A stretch of 64,000 nt of DNA from Vicinamibacteria bacterium (GCA_963422395.1 OY729431.1:1536001-1600000); one strand, 5' to 3'; shown: positions 48,078-58,402, counted from the stretch's first letter. Numbers and translations are program-made. The notes: generated by a model from the sequence alone, not told the origin.

Positions 48078-49766
48078 CTACCTTTCGGAGGGGCTTCCGG
48101 CAGCGCCGTCCGTGCCGGCGAGATACGCCTCGGGATCTTGCAGCAAGAGCGCCGCCTGGGACATGGAGGTGAGCGCGGCGGCGATCTGCGGATCCCGACT
48201 CATGGTCGCGCGCCGGGCGGGCCCCGGACCCCAGAGCAGGCTGAACACTTCGCCGTCGATCCGCAGCGCCAGGCGATCCCGCTGTTCCCCGAGCGCTTCG
48301 GAGTCATGAGGGATCCGCTCCTCGGTCAGGAAGTCGAGGAATTCGGAAAGAGTGTCGGTGTCGGTGCGGAAACTCTGGTCCACCGCGCGGATCCGATCTC
48401 CCCGCGCCGAGAGCTCGTCAGGGCGTTTTCCGGCTCCGTCCACCGCCCCCCGGGCGTCTGCGGGAACGAACCGGGTGGCGAACCGGAAGAAGGCGCCGTG
48501 CTGTTCGAGGGGTGCCAGCGCTTCCGACAATTCGGGCGCGGCCACTTCGATGTCCGGCGCGATACCGCCGCCTCCACGGATCTCCCTCCCGATCCCGGTG
48601 AGCACTACGGTGCCGGCCTCGTCGTTCGAGTCCCGCTCACCGCGTTCCCGGTAGTACTCGAGAAAATCCCCAGACCCGTAGTCACGCTGCAGTCGGCGCC
48701 CGCTGGGCGTGAAGTACTCCGCCGAGGTCAGTCCGAGCGCGTAGCCGTGGGGCAACTGGAATACCGACTGGACCAAGCCCTTGCCATAGGTGTTCTCGCC
48801 GAGGATGAGGCCGCGGTCGTGATCCTGGATCGCGCCGGCGACGATCTCCGACGCGGAAGCGCTTTCGCGTGAGACCAACACGATGAGCGGGAGGTCGGCA
48901 TGCAGGCTCGGGTTCTCTGCGTAGTAGATCTGGTCGTTCTCCGAATGCCGCCCCCGGATCGAGACCACTTCCTCGTGCTGTTTCAAGAAGACATTCGTGA
49001 CCGCCACCGCCTGATCGAGCAGCCCTCCCGGGTTGTGCCGGAGATCCACGAGAAGCTGCGCCGCACCGTTCAGGCGCAGTTCGACGATCGCCTCTCCGAG
49101 TTCGCTTTCGGTCTTCTCGTTGAAGTCGGAGATCCGCACATATCCGGTTTTCGGGGAACCGGCGGGCCCATCGAGCACGAAGAAGTAGGGCACGCTCTTC
49201 AGCGGGATGCGATCACGGATCACGGTGAAGTCGAGGGGCTCGTCGTACCCCGGGCGGGTGATGGTGATGCTGACCGGCGTCCCTCGGGGGCCGCGGAGCA
49301 GGTTCACCGCCTCGTCCATCGTGTACTGGGTGGCGTCTTCGCCCTCGATCCGGGAAATCACATCGCCGGCGCGGATCCCCAAACGATAGGCGGGAGTCCC
49401 CTCGAAAGGCGAAACGACGGTCAGCAGTCCGTTCTGCTGTTGCACCCGAATGCCGAGGCCGACATAGCCGCCCTGCTGCCGTTCCCGCATCTGGCGGTAG
49501 TTCCGCGGCACGAATAGGTTGGAATGGGGATCGAGGGTAGCGAGCATTCCCGAGACCGTGGCCCGGGCGAGGACCTCGGGATCGATCTCGCGCACATAGG
49601 CGGTCTGGATGGTGCGGATGACATTCGAATGGCGCTGGAGCAGGGCGCGGTAGGAATCCCTCGGCGCCAGCCCGCGGGCCGGCTGCACTCCCAAAACGGC
49701 GCCCAACACCGCCGCCCCGACGAGCAGCGGCAGGAGGAAGGGCACGACGGCGACGCGGGCTCTCAT
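48078..49766 (-). CDS. ctpA: Carboxyl-terminal processing protease (S41A)
   Basis: LDPHS, PDZ (GIRAGD, LRGPRGT), DLRHNPGG, SASASEIVAGAIQD, GKGLVQ. Confidence 0.9.
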   Translation of the reverse strand: MRARVAVVPFLLPLLVGAAVLGAVLGVQPARGLAPRDSYRALLQRHSNVIRTIQTAYVREIDPEVLARATVSGMLATLDPHSNLFVPRNYRQMRERQQGGYVGLGIRVQQQNGLLTVVSPFEGTPAYRLGIRAGDVISRIEGEDATQYTMDEAVNLLRGPRGTPVSITITRPGYDEPLDFTVIRDRIPLKSVPYFFVLDGPAGSPKTGYVRISDFNEKTESELGEAIVELRLNGAAQLLVDLRHNPGGLLDQAVAVTNVFLKQHEEVVSIRGRHSENDQIYYAENPSLHADLPLIVLVSRESASASEIVAGAIQDHDRGLILGENTYGKGLVQSVFQLPHGYALGLTSAEYFTPSGRRLQRDYGSGDFLEYYRERGERDSNDEAGTVVLTGIGREIRGGGGIAPDIEVAAPELSEALAPLEQHGAFFRFATRFVPADARGAVDGAGKRPDELSARGDRIRAVDQSFRTDTDTLSEFLDFLTEERIPHDSEALGEQRDRLALRIDGEVFSLLWGPGPARRATMSRDPQIAAALTSMSQAALLLQDPEAYLAGTDGAAGSPSER

Positions 49767-49782
49767 CGATTCGGAACTCTAG

Positions 49783-49846
49783 CAGTCTGTGGATGAAGTG
49801 GCGCGAGCCGCCGAGAGCGGTCCGGTTCTCCCGGTGGACGGCGCCG
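49783..49846 (+). repeat. Left-end fragment of the CTAG MITE family
   Basis: CTAG|CAGTCTGTGGATGAAGTGGCGCGAGCC matches 45071 and 34591. Confidence 0.8.
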
Positions 49847-50644
49847 CTACTCCTTCTTCTGCGCCCGCTTCTGCGCCCGTCGGCGCATCCGGTTGCCGAT
49901 CCAGGCGATCCCGATGGAGAGGGCGTAGATCGCGACCATCGGGCCCGCCAGCAATATCTGGGTCACGGGGTCGGGCGGGGTCAGGAGCGCCGCCAGCACG
50001 AAGATGGACAGAATGGCGTATTGGAAGTACCGCAGGAGGAAACGCGGCGTCAAGATCCCCACTCGGGAGAGCAGCAGCGCGAGCGACGGAATCTGGAACA
50101 CCACCGCCGTTCCGAGGACGAGCTTGGAGTAGTAGCTGAAAACCTCGGAAATCGTGTACCTGATCTCGATATCGTCCCCGCCGCCGCCGAAAGTACCGAA
50201 GAAGTCCGTTGCCGCCGGAAACAGGACATAGTGGCAAAAGGCCGCTCCCGCGAAGAAGAAGATCGAGCCCACCAGGACGAAGGGCACTGCCAGCCGGCGC
50301 TCATGCCGGTACAACCCGGGAGCCACGAACCCCCACACTTGGGAGAGCCAGGCCGGGGCGGAAACCAGGATCGCCACCAGAAAGCTCATCTTGATCCCGA
50401 CCATGAAGATCTCGGGAGGAGCCGTGGCGATGAGCTCGCCCCCGTACGGCTCGATGACTGCCCGGAGCGGCCGCATCAGAAAGTCGAAGATCTGCTCGTA
50501 GAAGAAGAAGCATCCGGCGAACGCGATCAGGACCGCGAGCACCGCCCGGATCAGTCGGCGGCGCAGCTCGTCGAGATGCTCCAGAAAGGTCATCCGGTCT
50601 GCCGCCTCGCCGGAGGAGGCGCCCGCCCCTTCCGATTCCCTCAC
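49847..50644 (-). CDS. tatC: Twin-arginine translocase subunit TatC
   Basis: MTFLEHLDELRRRL, WGFVAPGLYRHE, FQIP, TPPDPVTQ. Confidence 0.95.
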   Translation of the reverse strand: MRESEGAGASSGEAADRMTFLEHLDELRRRLIRAVLAVLIAFAGCFFFYEQIFDFLMRPLRAVIEPYGGELIATAPPEIFMVGIKMSFLVAILVSAPAWLSQVWGFVAPGLYRHERRLAVPFVLVGSIFFFAGAAFCHYVLFPAATDFFGTFGGGGDDIEIRYTISEVFSYYSKLVLGTAVVFQIPSLALLLSRVGILTPRFLLRYFQYAILSIFVLAALLTPPDPVTQILLAGPMVAIYALSIGIAWIGNRMRRRAQKRAQKKE

Positions 50645-50714
50645 GCTTCCTCACTCACAGTTCGACGCGCAGGATGGGCCGGATGCAGGGCGGACCGGAT
50701 GCAGGACGCGCTGC

Positions 50715-51188
50715 TCAGGAGGATTCTCCGGGTTTCGGTCCGGAAGATGCGGCAGAGGAAGAGGTCGGGGCCGAACCCGAAGCTTCTTTGCCCTTCACCG
50801 GCGGCGCATCGTTCTTCCCGGACGGCGCTGCTCCCGCCGATGCTTTCCCGGCATCCGGCCCGGCTGGCTTCCCTGCCGGCTTTTCCGCTTGGCCGGAAGC
50901 TGGCTTTTCCGTCTGGCCGGAGGATGACTTTTCCGATTGCCCGGAGGCCGGGTCGAGCCCCTCCCGGATCTCTCCCTCGAGCCCGGAAACGGCGCTCCTG
51001 GCATCCCGGAATTCCTCCATCTGCACCTCCCGCTCCAAGGTGCTGCGGAGTTCGTTGCTCGTCCGCCGGAACTCCGCGACGCTCTTGCCGAGGGTCTTGC
51101 CGATCTGGGGAAGCTTTCGGGGGCCGAAAACGATGAGCGCCACCACCAGGATGATGAGCATCTCCTGCATGCCCAGAGGGCCGATCAT
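50715..51188 (-). CDS. tatB: Twin-arginine translocase TatB/TatA subunit with low-complexity tail
   Basis: GMQEMLIILVVALIVFGPRKLPQIGKTLGK; SGQxEK repeats; upstream of tatC. Confidence 0.8.
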   Translation of the reverse strand: MIGPLGMQEMLIILVVALIVFGPRKLPQIGKTLGKSVAEFRRTSNELRSTLEREVQMEEFRDARSAVSGLEGEIREGLDPASGQSEKSSSGQTEKPASGQAEKPAGKPAGPDAGKASAGAAPSGKNDAPPVKGKEASGSAPTSSSAASSGPKPGESS

Positions 51189-51302
51189 CAGCGGGGAGAG
51201 GGCGAAAGAGAACACGGCCGACCGGGATTGTAAGGAGCGGCGCACCTCCGCCGTCGACACCGGAGTGGGCGGGCTGGCCCTGTGCGCCAAAATGAGGCGG
51301 TG

Positions 51303-52100
51303 ATGATCCCGTCCCGGGCTTCGGAGGAGCGGGTCCCGCCAGAGCGCCCGGGCGCCGGCTCGCCGCGAGGAACTTCCCGAACCGGGGAACCTCCGTCGCC
51401 CGTACAGCGCCGAAACACGCCGGGTGCCATCCGGCGGATGTTCGAAGCGGTCGCTCCCGGCTACGACCGCATGAACCGGATCCTGAGTGTGGGGCTGGAT
51501 CAGGGATGGCGGCGGGCGGCCATCGCCGAGCTCCGCGCGAAACCAGGTTCCCGGGTCCTCGATCTGTGCTGCGGCACGGGCGATCTTTCCCTGCTGCTCC
51601 CCGAAGCGCTGCGGCCAGTCGGGTGCGACTTCACTCCGGCCATGCTCGAAATCGCCGGCCAGAAAGCGGCCCGCCGCGGCGCGCGCTTCGAGATCGTGGC
51701 CGGAGACGCACTCCGACTGCCCTTTCGCGCCGGCGTGTTCGGAGGGGTGCTGATCGGTTTCGGGGTTCGGAATCTCCCGGACCTCGATGTCGCCTTCGCC
51801 GAAATCCGCCGGGTGCTCGACCCCGAAGCGAGGCTGGTCCTCCTGGAGTTTTCGAGACCGCCCGGACGACTGGCCCGCTGGGGGCACCGCGCCTGGCTCC
51901 GCCACGCCGTTCCCCGGCTGGCGCGGTTTTCGCTCTCCGGGACCGAGCCTTACGGCTATCTGCAGGAATCCATCCTCGATTTTCCCGAGGCCGCCGAAGT
52001 CGCGGAGCGGCTCCGGAGGTGCGGGTTCGGCCAAGTCTCCTTCAAGTATCGGTCGTTCGGAACCGTAGCCATCCACACTGCCAGCCCGAAAGCGGGTTGA
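51303..52100 (+). CDS. ubiE: Ubiquinone/menaquinone biosynthesis C-methyltransferase (UbiE/MenG)
   Basis: MFEAVAPGYDRMN, LDLCCGTGD, GDALRLPF, FGVRN, LEFS, YGYLQESI; start uncertain. Confidence 0.88.
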   Translation: MIPSRASEERVPPERPGAGSPRGTSRTGEPPSPVQRRNTPGAIRRMFEAVAPGYDRMNRILSVGLDQGWRRAAIAELRAKPGSRVLDLCCGTGDLSLLLPEALRPVGCDFTPAMLEIAGQKAARRGARFEIVAGDALRLPFRAGVFGGVLIGFGVRNLPDLDVAFAEIRRVLDPEARLVLLEFSRPPGRLARWGHRAWLRHAVPRLARFSLSGTEPYGYLQESILDFPEAAEVAERLRRCGFGQVSFKYRSFGTVAIHTASPKAG

Positions 52101-52160
52101 ATCCCGTGGGTCGGCGGGGGAGCTCTTCGGGATGGAGCAGCTGCACGGGCTCTCGTCCGC

Positions 52161-53531
52161 TCACCAGGGCAGGCGGAGGAAGCGAAGGGGGCCGATCTTG
52201 GGAATATCGGTCGGCAATGCGTTCATCTGCATGTGTTCTTCCCACGCCCGGCGATCTACTCCCGCCGCAGCTACCCGAAGCCCTACACGGCGCCGGTAGG
52301 TTCGGAGCAGAAAGGGCCCGGTGGAGTCGCCCGAACCTCCCGGGGCCGCAGCGAGCCGGCGGCCGACCGAACGGATCCGCACCGAGATTTCGACCGCCCG
52401 GACGATGTGTCCGTCGAGGCTGGCAGCCGTTCTCAGGTCTCCGGCGAATCGCGGTGGCGTATCGAGAGGGACATCGCTGCGAGCACCGGTCAGATAGCGC
52501 ACCTGAAGGTCCTCGACGAAACCCACCGGCTGCGGCGGGGTCTCGTCCACGCGGCGCATCAGCACTCCCCGCTCCTCCGCACCCGCCGCGCGGACCCAGT
52601 AGCGAATGCGCGACACCGGCACGATGCCCGGCTGCCCGAGGCCGAAGAGGCCGTACCCATCCGGGTCCTCCCCACCTCCGCCCGCGGAGCCGGGTTTCTT
52701 CCCCTTCCCCTTCTTCGCCGCCAGAGTCTCGATCATGCTGGCGACGACCTGATCGGTGAGTCCCGATACCACCGAGCTGCCGGCGCCGGGCAGTGCCGCC
52801 TCGATCACTCCGCCGAGCAGGCTCTGCAGTCCCCGCTCGAGGAGTCCGCCGCCGCTGCCCGGAGAAAAGGTGTCGGCGTCCACACTGGCGCGGAAATGGT
52901 GGTGCCACGCATCGGTCAACGGGGCGATGCGCACTCTCGCGCCCCTCGGCGGGGCCGGAGCGGTCTTCGCTCCGCTTCGGACCGCGGAACCCAGCCGGCC
53001 GAGGGCTCCCGAGCCGCTTCCCGAGACCGAAACGACCCGGCCGAAGACCCAGCGGGGCATCATCTCGTCGTCGTTGAACACCACGACCCAGGAGTTGCGC
53101 CGGGAGCCGCCGAGGCGGGACTGCGGCGCCGCCAGGGTTGCCTGCGAGCCATTGAAGCCGACCACCGGCTCGAACGAGGCCTCGACGAGCCGTTCGGGAG
53201 CCGCCAGGAAATCCAGTCCGTCCGGATTTCGGTCGCCAGCCCGGTCGAGATCGGTGAAAACGGGCACCTCGACCGGCAGGCCGGAGCCGGCCCGGAGGAG
53301 ATCGGCAGCGATCCGGTCGAGAACCGCGCGGCCGTCGTGCCGCATCGAGGAAATCTCCGGTTCCAGACGAAGCGACTGGCGAGCCGGCCCGAAGAGCAGC
53401 AGGAAACTGGAGGTGAGCAGGAGCGTCAAACCGAGAGCGACCAGCGCCTCGGTGATCGTGAAGCCGGCGGCCGTTCCGGATGCGGCCTCGTCCCGGCCTG
53501 CGAAACCCGTGGGATGTGTCATGGGAATCAC
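52161..53531 (-). CDS. Type IV minor pilin, PilW-like
   Basis: G|FTITEALVAL class III signal, IAADLLRAG, VEDLQVRY, RAVEISV. Confidence 0.75.
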   Translation of the reverse strand: MIPMTHPTGFAGRDEAASGTAAGFTITEALVALGLTLLLTSSFLLLFGPARQSLRLEPEISSMRHDGRAVLDRIAADLLRAGSGLPVEVPVFTDLDRAGDRNPDGLDFLAAPERLVEASFEPVVGFNGSQATLAAPQSRLGGSRRNSWVVVFNDDEMMPRWVFGRVVSVSGSGSGALGRLGSAVRSGAKTAPAPPRGARVRIAPLTDAWHHHFRASVDADTFSPGSGGGLLERGLQSLLGGVIEAALPGAGSSVVSGLTDQVVASMIETLAAKKGKGKKPGSAGGGGEDPDGYGLFGLGQPGIVPVSRIRYWVRAAGAEERGVLMRRVDETPPQPVGFVEDLQVRYLTGARSDVPLDTPPRFAGDLRTAASLDGHIVRAVEISVRIRSVGRRLAAAPGGSGDSTGPFLLRTYRRRVGLRVAAAGVDRRAWEEHMQMNALPTDIPKIGPLRFLRLPW

Positions 53532-56500
53532 GAGAACGGCGAACGCCGGAAGCCCTCCACGAAGAGGGTCACGCTCTCCAGAGCGCCTTCGCGCACCTTG
53601 AATTCGAAATCTCCGATCACGGTATCGAGCACTTCACCGGCCGCATTGCTCACGCTGAACGCCAGGTTGCCCCGAGTCGACAACGCGACCCCGCGGATGC
53701 GCCCGGTACCGAAGGACACTGTCGAGCGGGATGGATGCAGCACGCCCGAGAGCGCCGTCCCGTTCGACCCGTCGAAGGCGTGCAGGCTGGATTCCCCGCC
53801 TGCGGTCTCCCGGACCTCGCAGGAGCGCTCTTCCCGCTCGTGGGTGCGGGTCGCGAGCACCACCTGTACCCCCGCGGCGTCGGTGAACACCGCCGGCTTC
53901 CCCTGCGGGCGTTCTCCCTCGAGGAGAGGCTTGCGCCATACCTCTTCGAAGCGGGTCCCGAGGTCGCGCAGCAGGACGAGGTGCGACGGTGCATGTGGTA
54001 CGCGCCGGTCGCCCCCGGTGACGATCAGCAGATGAGGCTCTGTCCGGTCCGGGAACGGGAACACCACCGGCGGCGTCAGGATCGGATGCTCTCCGCCGAG
54101 CCGGTATCCGACCCGCCACTCCCACGCTCCGGGGTCGGAGAGATCGAGCCGATGGATCTGGCCGTGCAGGTCACCCACATAGATCCGGGTGACCAGATCC
54201 GTGGCGTCCGCCGAACCCCAGGATGGCCGCCATCCTGCCGCGGGAGTGATGGCTCCATTCTTCTCAATGACCGCAGACGGGGCCGGAGGGATCGGAAAGC
54301 GCGCGGCTACGCCTCCGTTCTCCAGCTGGAATGCGAACAAGGACTCTCCAGCCGCCTCGCCCGGGTGTCCGGCGCCGCCGGGAACGAAGGCCAGCCACGC
54401 ACCCCCGTCGGACGCGGGCACTTCGACGATGAGCGGCTCCGGCGTTTCGCCGAGGCCTTCGAGGCCCGTCGCCGTCCGGCGGTTCCCGATGTTGAACAGC
54501 AAGCGGGGCAGCCCGGGCCCGGCCTCCGGCGGCCGGGGTGGGGCATGGCCGCCGCTCCAACCGTCGCCCACCGCCGAGATGTCGAGCGCGGTGAGGAATC
54601 GGCCTCCCACGAAGCGGCCGAAGGAGAGCACGGTGCGCCACTGTTCGTCCTCGGGGAAGAAGGCGTCGCGGACCACCGGCGAACCAGCCAGCGCGAAACG
54701 GTTCCAAAGGCCCCGGCGTAATCCCGACCGCTCCGGGAGAGCAGCGAGCACCAGCTCCCGGAGGAAGGCCCTGCCCGGGGCCCGTTCGCCCGGCGCCGGC
54801 CCGAGCACATCGTCGGGGATGTAGGCGAAGATCTCCTCGCCGCTGTCGCCGGCGAATGCGTGGAGCAATCCGCCGCTGGTGGGCAGATACAGCATGGTGC
54901 GGCGGTTCACATGCTGCTCGAAGAACCGGCGATAGCGGTCGCGGTTCCTCGACACCCGCTCCGGGTGGAGGGGAGGGTTCGTCACCACCGCGGGAGAGGC
55001 CAGCCCCTCGCGGAGTTTCCAGGTGCCGCGCCCGCCGCCGAAGTGGAGACGGCCTGCCGGGTCGTACATCGTTCCGGTATCCGGATGGAGCGACAGTTCT
55101 TCTCCCCGCACGAGACGGACGACGATTTCGGCCGCGTCCGCTGCGGTACGCGCTCCGGTGCCATCCCATTCGCCGAGGTATCCCGCGCCGACCCCAAGAT
55201 CGGCGGCCGTCACCTCCCCGGTGCGGAAGGCTCGCAGCCTCGTGCTTCCCGGGCGGTTGAACAGCACGACCCGGTCCGCCGGGTCGCGCCGCGCGAGACG
55301 GAGCCCAGCATCCCAGATCGGCGACTCGGGCAGGTCTTCGCCGCCGCCTCGAGGAGTGGGGAATGCGCGGAGGTGGCCGCGAAGCCTCGTCATCTCGGCG
55401 CCGGTGACGATCAGCACATTGTCGGCGTACGACCAACGGAGCTGCAGGACCTTTTCGAGCTGTTGCGGATCGCCCGGGTCGGCGACCAGTGCGTCCCGGG
55501 CGATCCGCGGATCGCTCCCCGGGAAATCCGGGGACGGAGAATCGGCGACGAGCTCCTTCACGGTGCCGAGCCGAGGAGCCGCGAGTCGAGCCTCGCCCCC
55601 GGGCAGCGTCGTTTCGGCGATGACCTCGGCGAGGGCCTCCCGGAGCTCGTCGGGGCGGTCCACATGGATCGCCGAGGTGCGGAGACCCGATGCCATCCAG
55701 GCCAGATGGTTCGTGTAGCCGCGGGTCTTCGCATCGGACATCGCCACCCCCACGACATGGATTTCTCCCAGGCCGGCATCCGGGTCGCCGCCGTTCATCG
55801 CTCGATGAGCCGCTTTCGCTTTGAGGCCGGCGTTGAAGGTCGCAAATCCGTCGCGGGACGGCCCCGGATAGCGGATCGGCTCCGGACTCGCTGCTCCGGT
55901 ACGGAGCCACACCTCTCTTGCGTTCCCCGAGCCGGGCGGCCCTTCGTTGAAGTCGAGCCAGGGATGGAAGACGCATTCACAGGTATCGATCCCATCGGTG
56001 ATCAACACGATGATGTTCTTCTGCCCCGGTTGAAGGTCGTCGAGCGAGTTCTCCGCGATGTGGGCCGCCAGTTGGTAGAGGGCGATGCCGTTCGGGGTGC
56101 GGTTCGTGTTCGGTTCCCGGGAGAGGCTTCGTATCAGGGCGCGGCGCTCTTCCAGCAGGTCGCAGCCCGTGGGTTCGAAAAGCACTTCCGCCCCGCCGCA
56201 GCGGACCGGGCTGCGCGGCGGGCCCGGCGGCGATCCGAAGGGCAGACCCGCCCCCTCGGTCGGGTCCTTGCAGATGTCCTCGCGCGAAGTCCCTCCGTCC
56301 TCGGTGGAGCGGAACCGCTGAAAAGCAGCCAGGCGCCAGTGGACGAGGGGCTCGCCGTCATCGGATTCGAGAGTCCGCGCCACCCGCTGGATCACTTCTC
56401 GCGCCGCCGAAAAGCGGGTGCCTCCGCCCAACGCTTCGCGCATGGATGTCGAAGTATCCAGAAGGACCCACACCCGGGGGCGGGTCAGGGAGCGCACGAT

Positions 56501-56671
56501 TCCGAGAGGATCCCGGCCGCGCTCTGCTCCCTGAGCGATGTCGGACGCGGAGCCGAGGGAAGCCTCGACAGCCGGCGGTCCCGAGGGAATGGCGAGGCAC
56601 CAGAACAGGACCGCTGCCAGGACGAGGCGCAGGATCGAATCGAGGCGCGGCCTCGAGGCTTCGTGTTGCAT
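53528..56671 (-). CDS. pilY1: PilY1-like adhesin (vWA plus beta-propeller)
   Basis: LLDTSTSM MIDAS, ITDG, WDAG, GLLHAF..SGEEIFAYIP, GSPVVRD, IYVGDLHGQIHR. Confidence 0.8.
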   Translation of the reverse strand: MQHEASRPRLDSILRLVLAAVLFWCLAIPSGPPAVEASLGSASDIAQGAERGRDPLGIVRSLTRPRVWVLLDTSTSMREALGGGTRFSAAREVIQRVARTLESDDGEPLVHWRLAAFQRFRSTEDGGTSREDICKDPTEGAGLPFGSPPGPPRSPVRCGGAEVLFEPTGCDLLEERRALIRSLSREPNTNRTPNGIALYQLAAHIAENSLDDLQPGQKNIIVLITDGIDTCECVFHPWLDFNEGPPGSGNAREVWLRTGAASPEPIRYPGPSRDGFATFNAGLKAKAAHRAMNGGDPDAGLGEIHVVGVAMSDAKTRGYTNHLAWMASGLRTSAIHVDRPDELREALAEVIAETTLPGGEARLAAPRLGTVKELVADSPSPDFPGSDPRIARDALVADPGDPQQLEKVLQLRWSYADNVLIVTGAEMTRLRGHLRAFPTPRGGGEDLPESPIWDAGLRLARRDPADRVVLFNRPGSTRLRAFRTGEVTAADLGVGAGYLGEWDGTGARTAADAAEIVVRLVRGEELSLHPDTGTMYDPAGRLHFGGGRGTWKLREGLASPAVVTNPPLHPERVSRNRDRYRRFFEQHVNRRTMLYLPTSGGLLHAFAGDSGEEIFAYIPDDVLGPAPGERAPGRAFLRELVLAALPERSGLRRGLWNRFALAGSPVVRDAFFPEDEQWRTVLSFGRFVGGRFLTALDISAVGDGWSGGHAPPRPPEAGPGLPRLLFNIGNRRTATGLEGLGETPEPLIVEVPASDGGAWLAFVPGGAGHPGEAAGESLFAFQLENGGVAARFPIPPAPSAVIEKNGAITPAAGWRPSWGSADATDLVTRIYVGDLHGQIHRLDLSDPGAWEWRVGYRLGGEHPILTPPVVFPFPDRTEPHLLIVTGGDRRVPHAPSHLVLLRDLGTRFEEVWRKPLLEGERPQGKPAVFTDAAGVQVVLATRTHEREERSCEVRETAGGESSLHAFDGSNGTALSGVLHPSRSTVSFGTGRIRGVALSTRGNLAFSVSNAAGEVLDTVIGDFEFKVREGALESVTLFVEGFRRSPFS

Positions 56672-56715
56672 GGCCTTCCTCCGTGGAAGAGTCGCTTCGG
56701 AAAAGGAGATCCCGG

Positions 56716-57516
56716 TCAGGGGGAGCCCCGAACAACGCCGCCCGAGAGCGACCCGCGGACCCAAGTGGTGAGACCGTCGCCGTATTCACCGGCGCTGTCC
56801 TTCCCGGAATCGGGTCGGCGCGCGAGCCGCAGGGTCAGCTCGAGTCGGCTGACTGCGTGCGGTGTCTCCGGACGGGCGGGCGGCGGATAACGGGCTTCGG
56901 CGGTGAGGATGGCCCGGTCGTGCGGCGGACCGGCGTCGGCGGCGCCGACCACCGGACGACGGATCCAGACGGTCACTCCGGCCAGATCGGGGCTCCGGTC
57001 ACCGTCGAGATCCGGCGCCCATGCCGTTTCCGGAGCCCGCGGGTCGAAGAGCAGGGCCCGGCCGCCGGGATCCCGCAGGACGCGGCCCACATAGACGCGG
57101 GAGTTCCCTCCGGCCATCAGCTGGTCACGGAACCATTCGTAATCCCGGCAGCCCGGGCGGCCGGGGTCCCGGCACGCGGCGCCGTCCGCCGGGCGCGCCG
57201 TTCCCCACGCCGCTCCGACGGCAGTCCGGATCGAACTGCGGGCCGGCGGCAGCGCCGCCTCGAAGTCGTCGCCCTCGCGGACATACGCTGCGAGCAGGAC
57301 CTTCGCCGCTTCGAGTCCCGCTTCGGCCTGCGCCGCAGCCTCCTCCGCCCACCGTTCGTTGCGGGCCACCTGGCTTTCGGAGGTGACGGAAACCAGTATC
57401 ACCGCGCCCATGCCGGCGAGAGCAAGGACCGCCAGCATGGCGATCACCAGGGCGACTCCGCGCTCGGGACCCCGGTTTTCAGCAGCCTCGGAGCCCGAAT
57501 TCCACCGTCTATTCAC
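56716..57516 (-). CDS. Type IV minor pilin, PilX-like
   Basis: ERG|VALVIAML (no Glu5), A..QAEAGLE. Confidence 0.78.
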   Translation of the reverse strand: MNRRWNSGSEAAENRGPERGVALVIAMLAVLALAGMGAVILVSVTSESQVARNERWAEEAAAQAEAGLEAAKVLLAAYVREGDDFEAALPPARSSIRTAVGAAWGTARPADGAACRDPGRPGCRDYEWFRDQLMAGGNSRVYVGRVLRDPGGRALLFDPRAPETAWAPDLDGDRSPDLAGVTVWIRRPVVGAADAGPPHDRAILTAEARYPPPARPETPHAVSRLELTLRLARRPDSGKDSAGEYGDGLTTWVRGSLSGGVVRGSP

Positions 57517-58030
57517 GATTCGCCACCCGCACCGATCGAAGGCGCACCACCGGGCCGCGCCCTCCGGAAGACGGCATCGCGACGACTTCGAAACGGAGCG
57601 CGGCCAGCCGGTCCGAGCCGGCCGCCGAAAGCTCGGAGACGCGCCAGCGAACCTCGTAGAACGCCGAGTCCTGCGGTGTCCGTCCGCCGTCCTCCGCCCA
57701 GTACTCCACATATCCTGCGGTCCCGGCACCGGTGGTTGCGACGCTGCCGCCGGGCGCTACCGCCTCGTGATAGCCGGAAAGCGGCCAACTGCGTCGGAGC
57801 GGCGCAGTGAGAAGCTGCTCTAGCCGGGCGCGGGCGAGCCGGGTGGCGAGACTGGTGTCGGCCGCTGCCCGCCCGGCACGGGAGGATGCCGAAATGGCGC
57901 GGACCAGGCCGCCCGCCGCGAATGTGAGCAGGAGGGCCGCGAAGAAGGTCTCGATCAGGGAGAACCCCGCCGCTCCAGCTGCCGTTCGCGAAGGTCGAGG
58001 CGCGGACCGCTTCGCCGATAGATACTTCAT
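57509..58030 (-). CDS. Type IV minor pilin, PilV-like
   Basis: G|FSLIETFFA, A..LA..RLEQL, YEVRWRV; GAGGG upstream of the ATG. Confidence 0.75.
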   Translation of the reverse strand: MKYLSAKRSAPRPSRTAAGAAGFSLIETFFAALLLTFAAGGLVRAISASSRAGRAAADTSLATRLARARLEQLLTAPLRRSWPLSGYHEAVAPGGSVATTGAGTAGYVEYWAEDGGRTPQDSAFYEVRWRVSELSAAGSDRLAALRFEVVAMPSSGGRGPVVRLRSVRVANRE

Positions 58031-58402
58031 GGATTCCCTCGTTACCCAATAGAGACGGAAACCGCGGCGATTTCTTCCCGCTTCGGGCGCCTTTGGGGAA
58101 AAGTCGTATCGATAGAGTGAAAATTCCGACGGCCTCATGAGGATTCGATACCTGGAGTCCGGGGCAGAGCCGAAGCGGCACCGCCGTTTTTCTTTCTCCC
58201 CCGTGGTTCCCCAAATGTCGTTTCCCAGACGATCCAGCAAGGCGACCTTCCCCAGAGGCAGCCGGTTGCCGGCGCGCGTCACCCCGCCGACCCGCCGGCG
58301 AGTTGACGCCGTAGCGGGGGATTGCTAGCGTCCCCCGCCTTGCTGCCGGGAGCGGCGCTGTTCTCCAGAGCGCCCGCAAGGCCCCGGCGGAAGCCGGGAA
58401 AT

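Noticed and set aside
58160-58260. c-di-AMP or c-di-GMP riboswitch before pilV
   Set aside because: Only a partial GGGGAACC resemblance; other conserved elements are absent
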